Source: Octopus vulgaris (lineage: Eukaryota). Taken from it: a stretch of DNA of 64,000 nucleotides. The notes beneath the pieces are model-generated. The model was not told where the DNA came from, did no database searches, and saw only the letters and a list, made by a program, of their open reading frames with translations. Position 1 is the first letter of the stretch. Every line of letters starts with the position of its first letter. Both the position numbers and the translations under genes were made by a program. The stretch lies in assembly GCA_951406725.2 (NCBI GenBank), contig OX597825.1, positions 37,572,001 through 37,636,000 on the forward strand, written 5' to 3'. Below are positions 54,936-64,000 of the stretch, piece by piece.

Positions 54936-55280
54936 CTGTAATACACAGAGGAGAACCGATATTAATAATAGTGCATTTAATGATATACATTTTTTAAAGA
55001 CAGAGCAGAAAGAAAACCAGAGATACAAAAGAAATATTTCTGCGGAGATAAAAAGAAATGCATTCTTGCATTCTATAACTTTACTCTTGCATATATTTTT
55101 ATTGCAAGATTTACTGAAGTAGAACCAATGAAGTGTTTTATAGAAAATCATTGATTTGATATAAACATGATACATTTATGAATGCATTGAAATATATGTT
55201 TATGTATATAACTATATATACACACATATATATGTATGAGTGTATGAGCAACAGAGAGAGAGAGAAATAGATAGATAGAT

Positions 55281-55312
<32 letters not shown>

Positions 55313-55552
55313 GAAGAAGAAGTGGAAGGAAAATATATTAAGCATTACTCGGGTAGAATTTAATCAGAAAATCTTTCTCGAGATTCTTGCCTTTAATCGA
55401 ACTTCAAGGTCTTTGTTAAGGCCCGAAGCTAGCACGGCTAAATACAAATGTAAAACCACAGACCATGGACCTCTAACCATAGCTAAAAACATTTTATATG
55501 TAAATCTATCTGCTATCAACATATATATATATATATATATCGAGATTATATC

Positions 55553-55623
<71 letters not shown>

Positions 55624-55639
55624 ACATATATATGTACAC

Positions 55640-55795
55640 AGGAGTGGCTGTGTGGTAAGAAGGATGCTTCCCAACCACATTGTTCCGGATTCGCTAAAAG
55701 AGACCGATAAAATAAGTCCTGGGGGCGATTTTTTCGATTAAAGGCGGTGGTCCAGCATTACCGCAGCCAAATTACTAAAACAATTAAAAGAATAA
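55640..55795 (+). mobile_element. Internally deleted SINE of the second family
   Basis: ggagtggctgtgtggtaag...cccaaccacattgttccggattcg joined to gataaaataagtcc...aaggcggtggtccagcattaccgcagcc...aaaagaataag. Confidence 0.7.
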
Positions 55796-55951
55796 GAGAA
55801 AATATAATATATATATAGTATAAATATATGTACATATAATTATATATATATATATTTACATACATACAGATAGATATAAAACCCGTCACACACACACACA
55901 CACACATACATATATATATACATATATATATATACATATGTATATATACAT

Positions 55952-56002
<51 letters not shown>

Positions 56003-57539
56003 AATCAACATAAGTAACAGGTTATCCAGAGGTGATGCAATACGACCGTTTCAAGCGGCTCCTTTTAATTGGACAATGCAATCATTACATCAATTTAAAT
56101 GCAAGGTTATCATCAGCCACATTAATATAAGAAAATAGAATTTATTTAATCAGTCACACATATTTGTTTAATTTTTCTTAAATCCTCTAAAAGGTTAAGA
56201 AAACAAAGTCCATGCCGTTTTCAATTCAGCTTAGGAGTTTCTAAGACATCAGGAAAAAAATTCTTTAGGGTCATAGCTTGTGAAAAGGAAGGAAAATAAA
56301 CAGGAAGAAAGACAGCAGGAGATTCCAACATTATCAACAAAGGAAACCAACGTAGAAAATGAAGTGGAAATACAGGACCAAGTACCAAAAAAAAAAAACA
56401 AAAAAGAAACCAAAAAAGAAATGGCATATGGTGACATATCCGAAAAACATGGAAATTGAAAAGAGAATAACCAAAAGGAAGTCGGTAGTGAGAATGAAGT
56501 TAACAACGGAATATTATCCAGAGAACACTAAGGCAAGATTGAGAGAATTATTTGGAGATAATATAGACCCAACAGGAGTACGCGTGGAGTTTGACGGCTT
56601 GCCGCCTGTATTAGATTATGAGGACTTAAAATCATGCATAAAATGGTGAAAAAAGAGGAAAAAAAGAGATAATAGTAAGTAAATGTTTAGAATGTTATGA
56701 CTATAAAGCTTATACAATAAGGGGGAAATGAAAAAAGAGAAACGATATAAAAACATTTAGCTAAAATATTTAAAATGATAGTGCTTGCGAGTGGGGAGTA
56801 TGCGGCCATTTCACCTCCATTATTATAATTCATTCTTCATTCGTTCGTTCCGTGTTTTATGTCCCCATCGTAGTGTAATGCAATACGTTAGATCCCTTTA
56901 TAAAACTAATAATAAATCATTCTAAATAAATAGATATAATAATTAATAACTTTCATAAATTATAACTATCAATATATATATAAAAATGATATAATGGAAA
57001 ATTATTTACTAATGAAAAGTAAGAAAAACATCTAAGCCCCATAAATTAAAGAAAGGTGCAAAAAATATTAGACCAAATGAACAATGCACTATGAAGACAT
57101 TCAACTACAACCGACAATCCACTACAAATCCACTCAATAACAATAATAATAATGTAGTTTAATTATATAGTTGTTTTATTTAATGAGTACGTCTATATTT
57201 GAACCATTTCTTATTTTGATTCCAGTATTAATGGTTTGTACTAGCATTGTGTATATCAATTAATTTTAAAGTATTGTATAATTTAAAGTATTGTATTTAG
57301 TTTCCGCTTAATGTATATTTACTATCTTATGAGATGGGCTGCTCAAGAAATTCTAACTGGGTTCCATCTGCAATGTCATACACAGTTTATCTTGATATGA
57401 AATCAACATGTTCCGCATATATGGTTGTGATGCATGTACCTGGTGTACACTTACCAGATCAGTACTTATGATGAGTACATTGAGCTTCGGACATTTGAAC
57501 TCCAGTGTCATTTTGATGGCATGCACTTTTCTCTCACTC

Positions 57540-57550
57540 AATAATAATAA

Positions 57551-57595
<45 letters not shown>

Positions 57596-57632
57596 TAATA
57601 ATAATAATAATAATTATAATAATAATAATAAC

Positions 57633-57717
<85 letters not shown>
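57540..57717. repeat. (AAT)n microsatellite at a SINE tail
   Basis: About 59 triplets directly abutting the minus-strand SINE tail ttcctttctactataggtacaatgcc. Confidence 0.95.
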
Positions 57718-58320
57718 TTCCTTTCTACTATAGGTACAATGCCTGACAATTTAAGATAGATCCTAGTCCATTACTGCGACCTCAGTGATCGACTGGTACT
57801 TATTTAAATGACTTCGGAAATATCAAAGCCAAAGTCAACACAGGCGGAATTTCAACTCAGAGCGTAAATAACCGCAAGACAAATTACTAAACATTGTGTC
57901 CGATGCATTAATACATCTACTCACAAACCAACTTAGTAATTCGTTCGGCAATAGGCACAAGGCCTGGAATTTACTACTCTTTGTCTTTAACAAGAAGAAG
58001 AAGAAGAAGAAGAAGAAGAAGAAGAAGAAGAAGAAGAAGAAGAAGAAGAAGAAGAAGAAGAAGAAGAAGAAGAAGAAGAAGAAGAAGAAGAAGAAGAAGA
58101 AGAAGAAGGAGAAGAAGAAGAAGAAGAAGAAGAAGAAAAAACATCAACAGCAACAAGAACGACAACAACAACACTAATATCTTCTGTCATAGGGACAATG
58201 TCTGAAATTCGGAGGAGGGTTATAGTCGATTACATCAACCCCCGTACTCAAAAGGTTCTTATTTTATCAACCCAGAAAAGATGAAAGGCAAAGTCGACCT
58301 CGGTGGAATCTGAACTCGGA
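57718..58320 (-). mobile_element. Two or three degenerate type A SINE pieces surrounding an (AAG)n tract (57992-58136)
   Basis: aaagtcaacacaggcggaatttcaactcagagcg; ataggcacaaggcctg; gatgaaaggcaaagtcgacctcggtggaatctgaactc. Confidence 0.8.
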
Positions 58321-58599
58321 AAACATCCGGTGCATGTTAATGCTGTCACAAACATTACCTTACCTCGTTTGATGAGAGACATGAGTTTACACAGAAATCC
58401 TTGTGATAACAGTGTAAATGATGTTGTATCTTTAAGAGTGGGTCTCTCGTTCGGCAGTAGTTCAGTACAGATGTAGACTGACCTCAGTGTTTTTCTTAAG
58501 ACACAGCATCAGTAGATATTAAAATAATGAATAGAAAAATGGAATGTGAGAAGAATAGGGTAGTGTTACAGTGCTACTTGTAAGAGGTTATTGGAAACC

Positions 58600-61060
58600 T
58601 TGTTAACACTTTAGTTATAGAAAGATGTGTTTGATGTAACAGAACAGACTCTAGAGGACCACGCTATCAGGAGAAATAAGCCAAACAACCCAAAGCGGGA
58701 TGAAGCAAGATGGACAAGTGATGTAGTTCAGTTCAAGGAATGAGAAACAATAATATATCTACAATCAGGAAAGGCAAACTGACACCAGCGTCTTATGTGA
58801 GGAGGGTTGCTAGATTTACGATGAATTGAAGGAAATAATGAGTAAAGAAAGAAAGAAAAAAGCAATTCTCAGCAGTACAAGGAGTTAATTGAAGAAAGTT
58901 GCTAGATATGACTAAGGAAGTCGATTCTGTTATCAGTAGGATATATGCCAGAAATATAGGTAATAATTACTAGCAGACTAGATATTCCACAGGGAAAGAA
59001 TAGGAACAAGCAGAAATGGAAATGGAAATTACAAAATAAAGTGAAGACTTTATAACAAGGTTTGAGTAGAACAGAAGTCTGGAAACAGGGTTAGATAAAG
59101 AACATAAGATTTATATCTTCTCTTGAGGAAAAATAATTAGTCAAAAAGAAAGGACGTGGGACACTTGTGAAAAAGCCGAAACAGTATATCGTAGCACTAG
59201 TAGATAAAATTTTCTGATATCAGAAACGAATAAGATCAGTATCAATAGAATAGATTGTCTGAGACAGACCACATGAGTTTTACTGCTAAATAAATAGTGT
59301 AGATGAAAGTAATGGAGATGAGAAACCTACTGCAGAAGAAGCTAGTAAATCCTGGGATGATATTTGGGATAAGACAGTTAATCATAATGAGGATGCAGCG
59401 TGGTTAAAGAAAATTAGGGAAGAGTTGAATAGTGAGAAGCAGCCAGACCTGAAACTGAATTGTGCATAAATGAATAAATTGTAAGGAAGTATTCCAGATA
59501 GGAAGGGCTGTGGACCAGATTTCGTTGAATGGTACTAGTTAAAGAAGTTTAGTAGCTTAAATGGGGAGACTTAGAGGACAGATTCAGGATTGCCTGAATG
59601 GAGGAATGATATCTAATTAGATGACTAGAGAGAAAACTGTACTTCTTATGAAAGGCAAAAGCACGGGCAGTATAGCTGGTAATTAGAAACAAATCACTTG
59701 CTTACAATTTTCGTAATGCTCTCAGAAAACATTTATGAACATCAGGGCTGCCAGAAATTACTTCCAGAAGAACCGAAGGGGTGCAAGAAGAAGGCTAGAG
59801 GAATGTACGATTTATTATACATAGACAAAGCAGTATCTTTACTTAGATATTCAGCAGTTTTTTGTAGATTGGATAAAATGTAAATTTGCAAATCGAGACT
59901 GAAGAACTAGGTATGAATTCAATATAAATGAAGAACTTCATCCTAGACTAGGGGTAGCAAGATTGCATGTACGTAGTAAGGAAGATAGTAGATGTGTGAT
60001 ACTAGTAGAAAACGATATGAAGTGAGCTTGAGTAGATATAACCTCCTATGTAGGTAATAGTGAGGAAAGTTTATTAAGAAATGCTAGTGTAACAGTAGGA
60101 AAGAAGGAAAACACAATGTCAAATGTAGTTTTAAAAAAAACAACAAAAAGGAAGCAAGATTTTCTGATTAGCAAGAGATTATTTTGCATGTTACATTTCC
60201 AAAGATAGTTGTAAAAAATAGTAATACGAGTGAGACATGGTTGGTATCACAAAACAGAAGGCTGAAAAGGGAGTTAGAAAGTTTGTTAGATGCAACACAA
60301 AATCTGACATTCAGGACTAACTGGTTAAAAGCTAGGATTTGCAAAAATCAGGCGGATTCTTATCGTAGGTTAAGTAAATTAAAGAAAAGAAGTATTATTT
60401 ATATAGTTAGCGAATGTAGTATGCTGGTACAGAAAGAATGCAAGAAAAGACTTGACAATCTAGGGAGAGCAATGTAGGCAGTTTTGTAGGAAGACAGGAT
60501 TTTACCATACTGTTAATTGGTATGAACCTGAACTAGTAAAGTACTAGAAAGAAGAACGTATAGAGTGATGTAAGATTTTAACAGTCACCAGTGTGAATAA
60601 TAGAATAATAGAATAATACAAGCTTGAACGTTTGATTTATTAGTAATAGACCAAGAGAATAGAAAGTAACAAAAGGTTAACTAACTTTACAGTCTCAATT
60701 GATGAGAAATATGAGAAGCATAGAGACATAGCAAAACACCTGGACCTAGACATTGAGTTACAAATGTTATGGAAAAAGCAGGTAAGCTGTATCCCTGTAG
60801 TTATAGGTCCATTAGGAAGTATTCCTAAAAGATTGATGAGAAATATGAGAAGCATAGAGACATAGCAAAACACCTGGACATAGACATTGAGTTACAAATG
60901 TTATGGAAAAAGCAGGTAAGCTGTATCCCTGTAGTTATCGGTCCATTAGGAACTATTCCTAAAAAAAATTAACAGATAGATAGATAGAAAAAATTGGCAT
61001 AAAATTTAGTTTAGTGCAGCTCTAGAAAACGGTATTATTAAAGATAGCTATTGTCTTTAG
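58600..61060 (+). mobile_element. Heavily decayed R4/Dong-type RLE LINE with most of the RT core deleted
   Basis: KPTAEEASKSWDDIWDKTVNHNEDAAWLKKI; IPDRKGCGPDFVEWY; TREKTVLLMK; LLPEEPKGCKKKARGMYDLLYIDKAV; LHPRLGVARLHVRSKE; LKRELESLLDATQNLTFRTNWLKARI; IIYIVSECSMLVQKECKKRLDN; CIPVVIGPLG. Confidence 0.85.
60698..60965 (+). repeat. 134-bp tandem duplication inside the LINE endonuclease end
   Basis: attgatgagaaatatgagaagcatagagac...attcctaaaa starts at 60698 and again at 60832, with three internal substitutions. Confidence 0.95.
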
Positions 61061-61199
61061 GAAGGTTCTATACAGCTAAGCTTAAATGTTGTAGACCGAT
61101 GCTCAAGAACACAACACATAGTCCAATCCGGGAATTGAACTCAATACGTCATGATTGTGAGCCCGACGCTCTAACCACAGAGCCATGCACCACAATAAT

Positions 61200-61835
61200 T
61201 TTCCTTTCTACTAAAGGTACAAGGCCTGATATTTTTGGGGAGGGGACTGGTCGATTACAACGGCCCCAGTGTTTTACTAGTACTTAATTTTTCGACCCCG
61301 AAAGGATGAAAAGTAAAGTCGACCTCGGCGGAATATGAACTCAGATTGTAAAGACGGTTGAAGTCCCTATTTCTTTATTACCCACAAAGGGCTAAACATA
61401 GAGGGGACAAACAAGGACAGTCATAGGTATTAAGTCGATTACATCGACCCCAGTGCGTAACCGGTACTTCATTTATCGACCCCGAAAGGATGAAAGGCAA
61501 AGTCGACCTCGGCGGAATTTGAACTCAGAACGTAACGGCAGGCGAAATACCGCTAAGCATTTCGCCCGGCGTGCTAACGTTTCTGCCAGCTCGCCGCATT
61601 CTGACGGTTGAAATACCTATTTCTTTACTACCCACAAGGGGCTAAACACAGAGAGGACAAACGAGAAGAGACAAAGGGATTAAGTCGATTACATCGACCC
61701 CAGTGCGTAACTGGTACTTAATTTATCAACACCGAAAGGATGAAAGGCATAGTCAATCTCGGCGGAATTTGAACTCAGAACGTAACGGCAGACGAAATAC
61801 CGCTAAGCATTTCGCCCGGCGCGCTCTCGTTTCTG
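61200..61835 (-). mobile_element. Nested SINE trimer: one type A SINE (61200-61367) interrupted in its head by two type B SINEs (61368-61597, 61618-61835)
   Basis: Three successive cores atcgaccccgaaaggatgaaaggcaaagtcgacctcggcggaatttgaactcag; repeated junction gacggttgaa(gtc/ata)cc at 61353 and 61603. Confidence 0.9.
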
Positions 61836-62169
61836 AACAATAATAACTGTTTCTGATTTAGTTTCTGATTTGGGCTGAAAATCAGCTGTTTTGAGAAGGG
61901 GGTTAATATTCGCTCTCGATCTCAGTTTGTTGTGTTCCATCCCATTCCTACGAATAGAAGAGAAAGTTAACTACGATGAGATCTCACAACAATGATGCAG
62001 ACACTCGCGCATATACTCACATACACACATACGGCTGCACCAATGCAGCACACAGCCAAACAAATAATAAATAAGCAGCGACACGTGTATGATGTGTACA
62101 TATACCTACACTTAGTACATTTACTGTTATATCAACTTATTCATTATAACTTTTCGTATATATATATAT

Positions 62170-62173
<4 letters not shown>

Positions 62174-62223
<50 letters not shown>
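62174..62223. repeat. (GA)n microsatellite
   Basis: Directly visible. Confidence 0.95.
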
Positions 62224-62228
<5 letters not shown>

Positions 62229-64000
62229 AAGAAATGTGTGTGTATTTGTGTTTATGTGTGTACATGTGTATGTACGTATATGTTTCACTAATATACACAT
62301 AACTATCTCCCTATAAGTACGCGTGAACTCGAGCAGTTGTTGATTACATCAGTAATTCCTTGGAGTTTTATATGCGAGAAAATCCATGTCTGACCTCTGC
62401 AATTCCCCGTTTGTCAAATGAATATTTTGACTCATGATTCTTCTGTTATTTAATCTGTGAGTGGCAGAAATTTGGTCAGTTGGATGCTATATTTTGTACA
62501 ATATATTACCTGGCTTCTTCTTTATGCATATGCGCTTATGAACAAGCGTACACACATGCATAGGCAAACGCAACATATGATATGTAAGAATGTACAAAAC
62601 CATACATATGTACACATACACACACACTTATAAAGACATGTAAGCGCGCACATACACATATGTATTTATATGGGTGTATATGTGTGTGTGTGTGTGTATA
62701 TATACAATAATAGCAATAGCAACTACAACAACAACAACACTAATGATAATAAGCAAGTGTTTCACCTGTTTTTGTTTGTTTTGACACAACAGAACAACTG
62801 TGACATCCTATCATAGTGTTCTATTAAATGTTGATATTAGTTAACCTCATTCTAGCAGAAATGCTTAGAATATTTCCGTTATATATTACTTCATATTCTT
62901 CTACAATTATTTGTTATATTTTCCGGTCAACGCACATAGGTATTTCCACCACTCTCCAGTTTTTGTAGATTGTTTCATATATTCTGCATGACTTCTTGTG
63001 TTTTTATCAAAGTAAGGCTGTCTTCATCTGTTAAAGTCTTCAACCGCTAATTTGCTTTGATAGATGCGGCTGCAGTGCATATTTACAGGCCCATACAATC
63101 ATATTCGAGCAGACGCACACACGAAAAACATGCAAGTACACATATATGCATGTACAAGTATGTATTCATACACGCACGCATATAAAGGCGCGGGCACACA
63201 AACGTACGTGTGTGTATTTGAGTGGAGGTAGGTGTTTGTATGCTTCTGTGTGAAGGAATTAGTATTCAGTTCATTTTTCTCTCTACATATCTACCGGTTC
63301 TCAGTCTCTTTCTCTTCTCATACACACATGCACAGACACAAATACACATACTGGCGTGCACACGCATATATATGCTACATGGCCAAATGGTTAGATGTTT
63401 CTCATGATCACATTTGTTATCGCTTGATTTCTGCACAGGGTACGTCGTGGTGTCCCTAAGCAAGGTACTTTCATGTTTATTCAATCCAATAAGATGAAAC
63501 GATTATTTATCATTTGATATCTTCGACAGACCCTAGAATGGTTTATGTCTATATATGACTTAATGTTTACATACAATCAATTAACGAAAACATTCTCCTT
63601 CCGCTCGAAGAGAGAAAGAGAGAGAGAGAGTGTGTGAAAGAGAGAGAGTGAGAAAGAGAGAGAGAACGACTAAAAAAGAGGCTGAAGAACAAATAGGGAG
63701 CGAGATGGAGGTCGCGTATTGTATTTCTAAATGTGGTAACCTAGAGAGTGATAAAGAAAATGACGAACTGAGAAAATGAGGGAAAAGAGCAGTATCGTAG
63801 TTGAGCGCGCACTCACATACACACGCACGCACATAGACACACATGCCCACACACAATCGTGCATGTAAACACATACATACACACACATAGTAAAATAAGA
63901 TGACAAAGGAGTAAGCGATTATATTATGAATTTCATTAGGTAACAGTTGTTTCTCCTAGAAGATGCACTTCATATTTGATGCTGCGATGAGGCTATAATG

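Noticed and set aside
54660-55175. Full 171-aa ORF as a single-exon gene
   Set aside because: Only 54731-54935 is Ig-like and it is bounded by canonical splice sites; the flanks are intron read-through.
57408-58205. Poly-N, -I, -K, -R, -L and -S ORFs
   Set aside because: Translations of (AAT)n and (AAG)n tracts.

Overview
Eukaryotic, very AT-rich, microsatellite-dense DNA. The SINE repertoire and the (TA)n/(CA)n/(AAT)n load look like an octopod cephalopod (Octopus-like) genome; this is recalled, not verified by a search. I can support only one host exon: a 205-nt minus-strand Ig V-type exon (54731-54935, dpr/zig-8/IgLON-like) with clean AG/GT boundaries. The rest of the window appears to be intron. 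It holds decayed retroelements (two R4/Dong-type RLE LINEs; RTE, CR1-group and L1/Tx1 fragments; Penelope-like elements), a mariner remnant, more than 20 tRNA-derived SINE copies, foldback palindromes in TA tracts and local duplications. Almost all ORFs in the supplied track are microsatellite or random-frame artefacts. The most interesting structure is a TSD-flanked, inverted-dimer Penelope element whose 3' end carries a tRNA-like Pol III head, an (AAT)n tract and a minimal hammerhead ribozyme. Next are SINE-into-SINE insertions at one site, and a possible shared tail between a SINE and the R4 LINE. I see no convincing novel protein-coding system.
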